Below, in pieces: positions 32,253-42,346 of a stretch of 64,000 nt of DNA (positions within the stretch are counted from its first letter, which is position 1; each line of letters starts with the position of its first letter). The notes under the pieces were generated by a model that was not told the origin of the DNA, did no database searches, and was given only the letters and a program-made list of their open reading frames with translations. Location: NCBI GenBank assembly GCA_963833095.1, contig CAWHWQ010000001.1, positions 288,001 to 352,000 on the forward strand. The letters are read 5' to 3'. Source of the stretch: Vulcanimicrobiota bacterium. Its GTDB lineage: Bacteria > Vulcanimicrobiota > Vulcanimicrobiia > Vulcanimicrobiales > Vulcanimicrobiaceae. The position numbers were made by a program, and so were the translations under genes.

Positions 32253-34196
32253 TTACGATCCGGATGCGGGCGGAAGCGTGAAATAGAACGTCGCGCCGGC
32301 TCCGAGCGCACCTTCGGCGCGAATGCTTCCCCCGTGCCGGTGGATGATGCGTGCGACGGTCGCCAGACCGATTCCCGTTCCCTCGTACTCCTCGAAGGCG
32401 TGAAGCCGTTGAAAAGCCCCGAAGAGCTTGTTCGGCGTAGGCCATGTCGAAGCCGGCGCCATTGTCCCGCACGAAGAACTCGCCCTCGTCGTTCCGTCCC
32501 GAACTCGATCCGCGCGCGCCGGTGTGTCGCGCGTGAATTTCCACGCATTGCCGAGCAGGTTCTCCAACACGCTCGCAGCAGATTCGGCTCGCCGTGGGCC
32601 GAAAGGCCCGGCTCGACGACGAACTCGACGATGCGCTCCGGGTCGCGCTCGCGCAACTCGGCGACGAAAGCGCCTCGACGATGCCGAAAGTCGACGTGGC
32701 GTAAAGACGATCGCCGCGCGCGCGACGCGGCGAAAGTTGCAGCAGCGCGTCGATCAGATCGGCCATGCGTTGCGCGGCCTTGCGAACGCGATCCAAGTAG
32801 TTGCGGGCGCGATCGTCGAGCTGATCGTTGTAATCCTCGACCAGCGCATGCTGAAAGTCCGTCGATGGCGCGCAGCGGCGCGCGAAGATCGTGCGACACG
32901 GAATACGAGAACGACTCCAGCTCCTTGTTCGCAAGTTCGAGCTGCTTGCGTGCGTTCTTCGACGCGCCGTTCCAGCTCGACGTTGAGGTCGAGAATGCGC
33001 TTCTGCTCCGTCTTGCGCGCGCGTGATGTCGCGAACGTAGGCCGCGACGCCGTCGCTGAACGGGATAGAGCCGCGAAACTCGTACCAGCGATCGTTGTAT
33101 AGTGATTCTCGAAGGTTTGCGCGGCGCCGGTCGTGCAGCGCCGTCCTGAAAATCGCGAGCGCTCGCTCGCCGCATCGCTCGGCGGCCGCGTGACGTCTGC
33201 CAGCGACATCCCGATCATCTCCGACGGGTCGAAGCCCCAGAAGCGCGCCATGCGCGCGTTGACGTACGTGATCCGCAGGTCGCGATCGACCGAGACGAAC
33301 GCGTCGCGTATGCTCTCGATCACCTGGCGCATGCGCTGATTGGAATGGTTGCGTGCCGGCGGCCTCGGCGATCGTCTGCGCGATCGATTCGACGAAGCGC
33401 ACGTCGCCGACCGCGAAGGTGCGCGGCTGCGTCGCGTAGGCGAGGATCGCCCCGATCGGCTGCTTGGGCGGTGCCGATCAAGGGCACGCAGACGCAGGCT
33501 CGCGCGCCGCCGGATTCGAGCTGCCGAGCGACCGCGCGCGCGGATCGACGCGCAGGTCGGTCGAGACGAACGGTTCGCCGGTCCGCACGACGTGCTGCGA
33601 GGTGCCCGAGCGCGGACGCGGCGGATCGAAGGCGACGCGCGCGGCCTCCGATCCCTCGCTGCGATACCGCGAAGCGTTCCGGCGGACGATCGTAATCGTA
33701 CGACTTCGACGATCGGCGCGTCGAGAACGTCGCGAACCAGATCGAGCGCGTCGAGCATCAATTGCTCGAAGGAGAGCCCGCCGAGCGCCAGAGCGCCCGA
33801 AGTCGATGATCGCCCGCTGCCGCCGCGCGTTGCGCTCGACTTCGCGCTGCGCTTCGATGCGCGAGCTGACGTCGCGAAAGTACACCGAGAGGCCGTCGGG
33901 CGACGGGATAGGCTTTGACCTCGAACCAGCACTCCGACGGTGATCGAGTACTCGACGAATTGCACCGGCCGTTTGCTCGCGCATCGCGCGGACGTACTCG
34001 CGTTCGAAGAGCCGGCCGCGCGCCTTGGGAAACGTCGAGCCAGAATGCGCCGATCGGATTCGGGTCGACGCTGCAGCAGCTTGCGCGCCTGCGCGTTCAT
34101 GTATGCGATGCGCCAATGGGCGTCCAACGCAAAAAAACCGTCGGTGATGCGTTCAAGGACGAGTGACAGGTCGGGCCGCAGCGCTGCATCGGCCAT
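32253..34196 (-). CDS. PAS/GAF sensor histidine kinase, heavily frameshifted
   Basis: [30 protein letters not shown]-box [41 protein letters not shown]. Confidence 0.85.
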
Positions 34197-34262
34197 GGGT
34201 AATGCTTCTTCTGCACGCGGGGTGGAACCCGCCCGGCGTAGGGGTCTTGCGCAGGGGAGACA

Positions 34263-34292
34263 GCCGCAGGAAGGTCCGCCGCAGGAAGGTCC
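34263..34292. repeat. Perfect 15-bp tandem repeat (GCCGCAGGAAGGTCC)x2 in a divergent promoter region
   Basis: Copies at 34263-34277 and 34278-34292. Confidence 0.85.
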
Positions 34293-34338
34293 CGATCTTA
34301 AGTAATGACGGTGGCCGAGTCGATGATAGGTAGGTAGA

Positions 34339-35007
34339 ATGCTGAACGACCTGATCACCTTTTTCACCGGGGCGCCTCAGAACCGGCGCAAATATGCGCG
34401 CCGTACTGGGCCATTTCCGGCGTGGGTAGCGATCGGGACGCAGTGGACGAATTGCGCGTGTTTGGACATTTCGGGCAGTGGCATGGGCGTGGTCTGTCCG
34501 GCCGCGGTCCCCGAAGAGGCCAACTTTCGGGTCCAGCTCGAAGGCCGCAACATCGTCATCCGCGCCAAACGCGTGTGGCAGCAGCCCGGAACGGCCCAGG
34601 GCAAGCCGGCCTGGCGCTATGGTCTGACCTTTACCGGCATCAGCGCCGACGATTGGGACGCGGTCATACGTTTTTCAAACAGCGATTCGGTCGCAGTCGA
34701 CAACAAGGCGCAAAAAGACCTCGAACTGGTGCGCCTCAAGGCCGATGACGTCGCGCGGCTCATCCCCAAGAAACTGCAAGACACGATGCTCAGCATGCTC
34801 GTTCAAAAAGGCCGCCTTGCGCCCATCGACGAGAAGACGCCGCTCGTGCAGTATTCGTACGGCGGGGTCGTCAAGCGAAATGGACGCGCCCTACACCGGC
34901 TCTCGATCCATTCGCGCCTACGCGATGCCGCGACCAACGAAGTGAAGGCGTTCGATACGCGCTTCTTCTTCGACGATCAAGGCGGCAACGTTGCAATGGA
35001 CGAGTAG
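34339..35007 (+). CDS. PilZ-domain protein with uncharacterised C-terminal domain
   Basis: RRKYAR (RxxxR) and DISGSG (DxSxxG) motifs; YGLTF. Confidence 0.8.
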   Translation: MLNDLITFFTGAPQNRRKYARRTGPFPAWVAIGTQWTNCACLDISGSGMGVVCPAAVPEEANFRVQLEGRNIVIRAKRVWQQPGTAQGKPAWRYGLTFTGISADDWDAVIRFSNSDSVAVDNKAQKDLELVRLKADDVARLIPKKLQDTMLSMLVQKGRLAPIDEKTPLVQYSYGGVVKRNGRALHRLSIHSRLRDAATNEVKAFDTRFFFDDQGGNVAMDE

Positions 35008-36203
35008 CGCCGAAGCATCTTAGCGAACGAATCGAGCACCGCGTCAACCGCGGGGCGGCGATACGTCCACATCGGTTCTCGGGCGGATAGCGCACCGCCA
35101 TCGTCGCGTTACTTTCAAAAACGACGACCGCTCCGCGCTGATCCAGCGTAAAATCGATCCCGGCGTAATCCAACCTCAGCGTCTGGGCGATGCGTCCTAA
35201 CGCGTCCCAGGCACGCCCGCCCAGAACAGCCGCGGGATCGCGCAAAAAGACAGCTTCGCGCTCACGGTAAGCCGGTTGCGCCGCCATTTCGCGCTGAAGT
35301 AATGCACTTTCCAATCGCGCGAGATCGCGAGATGCAGCGGATAAAGGCGCCCATCCACCACCATGACACGGTATTTCGCGTACGCACCGCTTGCGTCGCG
35401 CGTGTCGAGAAAGCTGATGGCGAAGAGCCGGTCTCCGGGCAACTGCGCGAGCGCGGCATCCAGGTCTTCCAACCGGTCGACGCGAGCGAAATGCTCGCCC
35501 GCGTGATAGCCCGGTGCGCGCAACAAGATGGGGAGCCGGCGCTTCGCGCGGCGTCGCGAGCGATCGACGTGATCGCCGGGGCAACGACACCGTCGATCCC
35601 CGCAAGGCGGTGGCCTTGCTCCACGCGCCCGGTGCGTTCGACGCATTCGGGATCGTTGAGCACCCGCTTGTCCGTTGTGGCCAGGAGCGTTCGCACCGTC
35701 GCGAGCGCGTCGGCTGAACTGTCCGCATCGCCGACCGCGTTGAACACCACGTCGTGCGCGGGCAACGGTTCGCCGGGCTGATGAAGTTCGACCGCAAGCT
35801 TGGTCACCGCGAATATCCGATCGTCGAAGAGGCGTTCGGTGACAACGTTCCCGCTCCCAAGCGTGATCGGCACCAGCACGCGAACTGGTGTCCCCGTCCC
35901 GCGAAAGGGCAGCGTCGTCACCGAGTCGCCCCTGGCGGCGATTCCGCATTGGGTCTTGGCAACCGCGAGCCCACGCCGCGCCTCGGCATTTTGGGGATTG
36001 GCGCGCACGGCCGACTCATATACTTCCAAAGCGCGCGCCGGCTCGCCGCGCAGGATATAGAAGTAGCCCGCATTGGTCAGCGCCAGCGAGCTGTGCGGGA
36101 ACCGCTGGGCCGATTCAAGCGCCAGCTCGAATGCGTCCTGCGATCTCCCCGCGCGGTACAGGCGCTCCACCTGGCCCGCCAGGCTCTCCGGCGTACTATC
36201 CAC
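34977..36203 (-). CDS. TPR + ATP-grasp-like protein, frameshifted
   Basis: N-terminal TPR; VVFNAVGDAD, VLNDP, LLRAPGYHAG, KYRVMVVDG, LDYAGIDF..VFESNATM. Confidence 0.7.
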
Positions 36204-36276
36204 GATTTGGTTTTACCAAGCAGATGTTCGGCGCGCCTTCCAGGGACGCACGCCGCCTCGCGCGCAATCTGGTCGG

Positions 36277-36479
36277 ATGAAACGAAATGCTTGGTGGAAT
36301 CTACTCTTACTCATTCCGTTCGTCGCAACGTTGTTTCCCAGTTTTATAATCAGCTCGATCCGCCGCTCTTCGGCATGCCGTTCTTCTACTGGTATCAGCT
36401 TGCGTGGACGATCGGTTCAGGCGTACTGCTCGCGATCTACATCGCCGTGACGCGCGGAGGAGCATCGAATGCACGCTAG
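36277..36479 (+). CDS. DUF3311 small membrane protein (one indel)
   Basis: MKRNAWWNLLLLIPFV + FYNQLDPPLFGMPFFYWYQLAW; directly precedes an SSS transporter. Confidence 0.8.
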
Positions 36480-37971
36480 TTCGATCATCCTCATCGTTCT
36501 CGTGCTCGCCGTGACCGTACTCGGGTTTGCCGCCGCACGCTGGCGCACGGCCGGCTCACTTGCGAACATGGATGAGTGGGCGCTGGGCGGGCGCAGCTTC
36601 GGCACCGTCATCTCGTGGTTTCTCATCGGCGGCGATCTATACACCGCGTACACGTTTATCGCGGTGCCTGCGCTCGCCTACGCCGCAGGGCCGGTGGCGT
36701 TTTTTGCGCTCCCGTACACCATCGTGGCCTATCCGTTCGGCATCTTGGTACTGACGCGGTTCTGGAGCGTCGCGCGCACGCGCGGCTACATCACGGCCGC
36801 GGACTTCGTGCGCGATCGTTTCGGCGATCGCTGGCTCGAGCTCGCGATGGCAGTCACGGGGGTCCTTGCCGTGCTTCCGTACATCGCCCTGCAGCTCGTG
36901 GGTATGAAAGTTGTCTTCCTGCAGCTCGGCGGCGGATTTGCGGCCGGCGGAGGAACGCTGGCGCTTGCAATTTCGTTTGTGCTGCTCGCCGCGTACACGT
37001 ACACCAGCGGTTTACGTGCCCCGGCGTTGATCGCGTTCATCAAGGACACGCTGATCTACCTGACGATCATCTGTGCGGTCATTGCGATCACGCATATGTT
37101 CGGCGGATGGGCCGGCATCTTCGATGCAGCCGGCAAAGCGCTCGCGGCCAAGCCCAAGCCGGCTACCTTGCTACTCCCGCCGCCGTCCTACTTCACCTAT
37201 GGCTCGCTGGCACTGGGATCGGCGCTCGCACTCTTCATCTATCCGCACTCGATTACGTCGATACTCTCGGCCAAGAGCCGGACCGTCGTGCAACGCAACA
37301 TGGCGCTGTTGCCGATCTACTCGCTGATGCTCGGGTTCCTCGCGCTGCTCGGCTATGCCGGGCTCGCCGCCGGAATCAAGACGACGAATCCCCAACAAGT
37401 CGTCCCGATGCTCTTCGCGCAGATCTTCCCGGATTGGTTTGTCGGTGTCGCCTACGCGGCGATCGTCATCGGCGCGCTCGTCCCGGCGGCAATCATGGCG
37501 ATCGGTGGCGCAAATCTCTTCGCCAGCAACATTTTCCGGCAGTTCTCGGCACAGCGTGACTCGCTCGAGACGACAACCGCGAAAATTCTCACGCTGGTGA
37601 TTTGCCTGTTCGCGCTACTCTTCGTGATCTTCATCACGCCTCAGTACGCGATCGGCTTTCAATTCCTGGGCGGCGCGTGGATTCTGCAGACGTTCCCGGC
37701 CTTCGTTATCGGCCTGTTCACCCGCTGGTTCAATCCCAAAGCGCTACTCCTGGGTTGGGCCGTGGGGATCGCGGCCGGCACATACATGGCCATTCAAACG
37801 AACTTCACTGCGGCGTTTCCCTTGCATCTCTTCGGCGGGACGCTCGTCGGCTATGGGCCGTTCTACGCGTTGTTGCTCAATCTCATCGTAACGATCGTTG
37901 CAACACCGCTCTTTAATGCGGCCGGAAGCACCCGCGGTGCCGACGCAACGACCACCGCGGATTACGCGTAG
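36469..37971 (+). CDS. Sodium:solute symporter (MctP-like monocarboxylate permease)
   Basis: EWALGGRSFG..WFLIGGDLYTAYTF, YIALQLVG, SGLRAPA. Confidence 0.9.
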   Translation: MHASSIILIVLVLAVTVLGFAAARWRTAGSLANMDEWALGGRSFGTVISWFLIGGDLYTAYTFIAVPALAYAAGPVAFFALPYTIVAYPFGILVLTRFWSVARTRGYITAADFVRDRFGDRWLELAMAVTGVLAVLPYIALQLVGMKVVFLQLGGGFAAGGGTLALAISFVLLAAYTYTSGLRAPALIAFIKDTLIYLTIICAVIAITHMFGGWAGIFDAAGKALAAKPKPATLLLPPPSYFTYGSLALGSALALFIYPHSITSILSAKSRTVVQRNMALLPIYSLMLGFLALLGYAGLAAGIKTTNPQQVVPMLFAQIFPDWFVGVAYAAIVIGALVPAAIMAIGGANLFASNIFRQFSAQRDSLETTTAKILTLVICLFALLFVIFITPQYAIGFQFLGGAWILQTFPAFVIGLFTRWFNPKALLLGWAVGIAAGTYMAIQTNFTAAFPLHLFGGTLVGYGPFYALLLNLIVTIVATPLFNAAGSTRGADATTTADYA

Positions 37972-37985
37972 CGCGAGCTACGAAT

Positions 37986-38046
37986 AAAAAGCTCCGGTTT
38001 TGTTCAGGCCTAGGCGCCAAGGGCCAGACGAAACCGGAGCCTTTTT
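37986..38046. terminator. Bidirectional intrinsic terminator-like hairpin
   Basis: AAAAA-GCTCCGGTTT...AAACCGGAGC-CTTTTT between convergent genes. Confidence 0.7.
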
Positions 38047-38224
38047 ACGCGTAGACGTCGATGTTCTGCCCAACGCCGATCGCGCGAAAATAACGAACGA
38101 CATCGGGCGGATCGTGCGGGAGACGCACGGGCCCGAGGCCCTTGTTCGAGCCGACAGCTCGCAGGGCTTGACGATATTGATCCAGCGCCCAGGCGACCGA
38201 GATCGTCACCGCATTTAAAGCCAT
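38045..38224 (-). CDS. Small protein with YjfB-like C-terminus (59 aa)
   Basis: GGAG SD + [19 protein letters not shown]...[10 protein letters not shown]. Confidence 0.5.
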   Translation of the reverse strand: MALNAVTISVAWALDQYRQALRAVGSNKGLGPVRLPHDPPDVVRYFRAIGVGQNIDVYA

Positions 38225-38359
38225 TCGCTCTCCGATTCGGCCGCTGCGGTAAACGTCCTTGACGGGCGGGGGCTCGGCGTGCGATACTGCGTCGACCCCC
38301 TCCGCGCGAATCTTTCGGAATGCGATCGAGTTGCGCACACTCGAAAGATCAATTTACAA

Positions 38360-39554
38360 ATTCCAAATTTTGAACAGCTCGGCTTGCAGCCGGAGCTGCT
38401 GCGCGCCGTGAACGACCTCGGGTTCACCGAGCCCACCCCCATTCAAGAGCTCGCGATCCCGCCGGCCTTCGAAGGCCGCGACGTTCTCGCGAGCGCCCAA
38501 ACCGGCAGCGGCAAATCGGCCGCCTTCGGTCTGCCGATCGTGCAGACGCTGATCGGACCTGCCGCGCGGCAAGACCCGCGCGCTGATCCTCGCGCCGACG
38601 CGCGAACTCGCCGAGCAGATCACCGGCGCACCTCACCGCGCTTGCCAAACACACCAACGTTCGCGTCGCGGCCGTCTACGGCGGCGTCGGCTTCGGCCCG
38701 CAAATCGGCGCGTTCAAGCGCGGCGCCGACATCATCGTCGCGACGCCCGGCCGCCTGATCGATCATCTCGCGCAGAGGAACCGCCTCGCTCGACGACATC
38801 ATCGAGTTCCTCGTCACTCGACGAAGCCGACCGCATGCTCGACATGGGCTTTCTGCCCACGGTGCGCCGCATTCTGCGCGTGCATGCCGACCAAACGTCA
38901 GACGCTGTTCTTCTCGGCCACGCTGCCCGCCGGAGATCGCGGCGCTCATGCAACGACATGCTGCAGAACCCGGTCCGCGTCGACCTCGCCGCCGACCAAG
39001 CGCCGGTCGAATCGCTCACGCAGACGCGTCTACGCCGTCGCCCAGGAGCAGAAGACACGATCTGCTCCTCGAGCTGCTCAAAGACAACAACATCTTCAGC
39101 GCGATCGCGTTCACGCGCACCAAAGCGCGCGCCAACCGGCTCGCGGCGCATCTGGCCAAAAGCAACATTCCCTCCGACGTGATTCACGGCGATCGCTCGC
39201 AAGCGCAGCGCACGCGCGCGCTGCGAGACTTCAAGCGCGGCAAGTTCCGCGTGCTGGTCGCGACCGACATCGCGGCGCGCGGCATCGACATCGCCGAACT
39301 CGGTCACGTGGTCAACTTCGACGTGCCGATGGTCCCCGAAGATTACGTCCACCGCGTCGGCCGCACCGCCCGCGCCAAGGCGACCGGCGATGCGATCACG
39401 TTCGTCGCCTCCGACGAAGAGCCGCTGATCCAGCAAGATCGAGTACCTGATCGGGCGGACCCTCGAACGCGAAATCAACCCGCTCTTCCCCGACGTTCCC
39501 GCCGTCGCGCCCAAGCCCCGCGTCGTTTACCAGTCGCGGCGCCGTCGCCGCTAA
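38360..39554 (+). CDS. DEAD-box RNA helicase (RhlE-like), frameshifted; apparent ATT start
   Basis: [62 protein letters not shown]. Confidence 0.85.
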
Positions 39555-39557
39555 GCC

Positions 39558-40316
39558 TTAAGACCCGCCCCCGCTCGGACCAAACCGTTCGGTTTTGATC
39601 CGCTGCGCGTCATGACCGGCCGCGATCAAGAGATTCGCGGCCGTTTCTACAAACGGCGTCGGGCCGCACACATAACACAGCGGCTTGCGTTCCGGTGCAA
39701 AAACCGCAGCGCCCAGGATTTGCGCGTCAATCCGCCGCGGCGAGGTTGGCCAACCGTCGGGCGCGATACGCGTGTACGCGTAGGTGACGCCGAGATCCGC
39801 ATCATGCGCGATACGTTGCCGTAGTTCGTCCCCGTAAAGGATCGCCTGGGGTGAGCGCACCGAATAGAGTAAACGAAACGGTGCGGCGTTGTTCGCTTGC
39901 GCGCGCGTTCGAATCATCGCCATCAGCGGTACGATGCCCGATCCGCCGGCCACGAGTTGTACTGGCTCGATTTGCGCAGGCTGCCAGACAAACCATCCGC
40001 CGATCGGTCCGCGAATCTCGAGTGGGTCACCGGGTGCGACCATTTCCGCGAGATACGGCGAGACCTCGCCGTCGGCAAGCTCTTCAATCGTGAGTTCGAG
40101 ACGATTTCCCCCCGGCGCATTGGCGATCGAGTACGAACGCGCGGCAGTGTAGCCGTCGGGCGCGGTGAGACGCACGTCCACGTGCTGTCCAGCCTCGTGA
40201 CCCGGCCAATCCGGCACGTCGAGCACCAGCGTGTGCGCTGTGGCGGATTCACGCTGACGTTTGATCAGCGTGCCGGTGCGCCAGACTAATCCCCCGTGTA
40301 TCGCTGTTCCCGCCAC
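39558..40316 (-). CDS. FAD/NAD(P)-binding ferredoxin-reductase-family oxidoreductase
   Basis: GQHVDVRL, RSYSIA, GEVSPYL, AGGSGIVP, YVCGP, TERFG. Confidence 0.9.
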   Translation of the reverse strand: MAGTAIHGGLVWRTGTLIKRQRESATAHTLVLDVPDWPGHEAGQHVDVRLTAPDGYTAARSYSIANAPGGNRLELTIEELADGEVSPYLAEMVAPGDPLEIRGPIGGWFVWQPAQIEPVQLVAGGSGIVPLMAMIRTRAQANNAAPFRLLYSVRSPQAILYGDELRQRIAHDADLGVTYAYTRIAPDGWPTSPRRIDAQILGAAVFAPERKPLCYVCGPTPFVETAANLLIAAGHDAQRIKTERFGPSGGGS

Positions 40317-40900
40317 GGGTCGCCATACATGTTGTAGCCAAGTTGTTCCCAAAAGCCGGGTTCATCTTGCGGCATCAGCGTGAGTCCCTTCACCCATTTC
40401 GCGCTCTTCCAAAAATACAGATGCGGCACGAGCAGTCGCGCCGGTCCTCCGTGCTCCGGCTCGAGCTCCTCTCCTCCGTAGCGAAAGGCCACCCACGCTT
40501 TCCCTTCACGCAAATCCGCGAGTGGAACGTTGGTCGTGTAGCCGCCGTATGAGTGCGCCATCGCGAATTTTGCGGTGGTTTGCACACCGTCCAGCAAGGT
40601 GTCGATTGCGATGCCTTCCCAGGTGGTGTCGAATTTCGACCAGCGTGTCACGCAGTGGATGTCGGTCGTGATCGTGACACTCGGCAGCGCGCGAAACGCG
40701 GCCCAATTCCAGCGGCGAACATCACCGGTCTCTGTCGTGAGCGTAAACTCCCATCGGTCAAGCGGAATGCTCGGCGTCGCCGTAGCCGAGAGCACGGGAA
40801 AATCGTGGGTGAGATATTGGCCAGGAGGAAGCTTTGTGCCGGCCTGAGGTCTGCGCCCCGTAAAACCGCGCGAAACGATTTTCTCTTCGCTCATGCCCAT
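40286..40900 (-). CDS. Sulfite-oxidase-like molybdopterin oxidoreductase (no export signal)
   Basis: LPPGQY, DIHCVTRWS, HGGPARL, YFWKSAKWV, GFWE. Confidence 0.9.
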   Translation of the reverse strand: MGMSEEKIVSRGFTGRRPQAGTKLPPGQYLTHDFPVLSATATPSIPLDRWEFTLTTETGDVRRWNWAAFRALPSVTITTDIHCVTRWSKFDTTWEGIAIDTLLDGVQTTAKFAMAHSYGGYTTNVPLADLREGKAWVAFRYGGEELEPEHGGPARLLVPHLYFWKSAKWVKGLTLMPQDEPGFWEQLGYNMYGDPWREQRYTGD

Positions 40901-41172
40901 GGTGATTGGCTGCGATTAGGCGCTGCTCTTGTCCGCGAGCCTTTCAATTTTTCGGGGCACCCAGCCGCCGTTCAAAAGCCGGTCGTCGGGCGAGGCGACG
41001 TAAAACGGTTACCAGACTGTTCTTCGGAGGTCCATTACTCGCACTACCTGCCTATGCCGGGGCTCCAACAAGCACAACGCCCGGGCGTAGAAAAGCGCGC
41101 TCTCATTCTAGGAATCGCTCGGCTTCTCAGGAACGTGTCAAACGATTCGCAGTCCCGGGACACCGTAGTGTA

Positions 41173-42096
41173 ATGAAGATATCATCGAAATCGCCCGGGT
41201 GTCGTGCTACATTGCCGATCCAGTCGGTCTCGCACCTCACCAACCTGTCGGTGGACACGATTCGTGCCTGGGAGAAACGTTATGGCGCGGTGAGACCAGC
41301 ACGCGCTGCGGGCGGCCAGCGACTCTTCTCTCCCGAGGACATCGCACGTCTCGTCTTGCTCAAGGCAGCGGTTGAAGCCGGCGAGTCGATCTCTCACCTT
41401 GCGGCCCTCGGTGATCTGGAACTTCAGCGCTTCGTTCGCGCCGAGCAGCGCAGCGGCGAGAGCGACGACGCAGCGATCGCCAAGCTTTTGAAACGTACGC
41501 GCGCGATGGACGCGCGCGCGCTCGCGCACGACCTGTGCGCGATTTCCTTGCAGCGCTCGGCTATCGAGTTCGCCGACGACATCATCGCCCCGGTTATGGC
41601 TGAGATCACGCTGGAGTCACGAAGCGCCGACGAGGTGACCTCGCAGCATCTGCTGCTGTGCGAGTCGTTGCGCTTCGTCTCGATGGCCCTCTTTGCAAAA
41701 TACGAGCAGCCCTCCGCGACAGCAGCGATGCTCTTTCTCACTTTGCCCGGCGAAAGGCATGCGATTCCACCGCTTCTCGCCGCTCTTGTGGCGAGTGAAC
41801 TCGGCTATCAAGGAATCTTTGCCGGCACGGAGATTTCGCCGAGCCAGATCGTGCAACTCGCGACGTCACTGCATGTCGTCGGCCTGGGCATCTTCGCCGG
41901 CGTCGAGAGCCACGACGCATCTCGCCTCGTCGGCGAAGTTGCGAAGGCAATGCCCTTAGTTCCACTCTTCGTGGGGGGCGCCGGGCTCCGCAGGTCGAGC
42001 GCATTTCACGCGACGCAGTCAATGCATGAGTTTGCCGCCGTCCTCTCGCACGGCGGGCGAATTCTGGGCGCGAAACGCGCCGTGGCGAACGCCTAA
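41173..42096 (+). CDS. MerR-family regulator with CarH/LitR-like cobalamin-binding domain
   Basis: TIRAWEKRYG..RPAR..GQRLFS HTH; TLPGERH; FVGGAG. Confidence 0.75.
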   Translation: MKISSKSPGCRATLPIQSVSHLTNLSVDTIRAWEKRYGAVRPARAAGGQRLFSPEDIARLVLLKAAVEAGESISHLAALGDLELQRFVRAEQRSGESDDAAIAKLLKRTRAMDARALAHDLCAISLQRSAIEFADDIIAPVMAEITLESRSADEVTSQHLLLCESLRFVSMALFAKYEQPSATAAMLFLTLPGERHAIPPLLAALVASELGYQGIFAGTEISPSQIVQLATSLHVVGLGIFAGVESHDASRLVGEVAKAMPLVPLFVGGAGLRRSSAFHATQSMHEFAAVLSHGGRILGAKRAVANA

Positions 42097-42097
42097 A

Positions 42098-42346
42098 TTA
42101 CGGTGGGCAGCCTTGGAGCTGCCATTGCTTGAACGTCTCGCACATCGCTGCCGACCAACGTGCTTCGCCTGAGCTCGGAGGCGGCATGCTCCCTGCGCTA
42201 ACGGTCGCGTAAATCGCATCCGCGTGCTTTTTAACGTCGGCGGCACTCGAGAGATCGATGCCTGCGGGCTTCATGTGCGCGACGTCCATATCGGTGAACA
42301 TGGCCCGAATGTCTTTAGCGAAACTCAATGTAGGCGGCGCGCTCAT
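42098..42346 (-). CDS. Small conserved-looking hypothetical protein
   Basis: LSFAKDIRAMF..HM..DLSS..DV..HADAI..GSMPP..W..F.QW; coupled to the upstream gene by ATGA overlap. Confidence 0.65.
   Translation of the reverse strand: MSAPPTLSFAKDIRAMFTDMDVAHMKPAGIDLSSAADVKKHADAIYATVSAGSMPPPSSGEARWSAAMCETFKQWQLQGCPP

Noticed and set aside
29722..34196. Programmed frameshifting or phase variation
   Set aside because: Indels are numerous, scattered and mostly not at slippery or simple-repeat tracts; assembly error is more parsimonious.
40906..41172. MerR N-terminal extension or a hidden gene in the intergenic region
   Set aside because: No homology before ATG 41173; minus-strand frames are short and interrupted. 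The TTGACA..TAGAAT pair is 25 nt apart, too far for sigma70.
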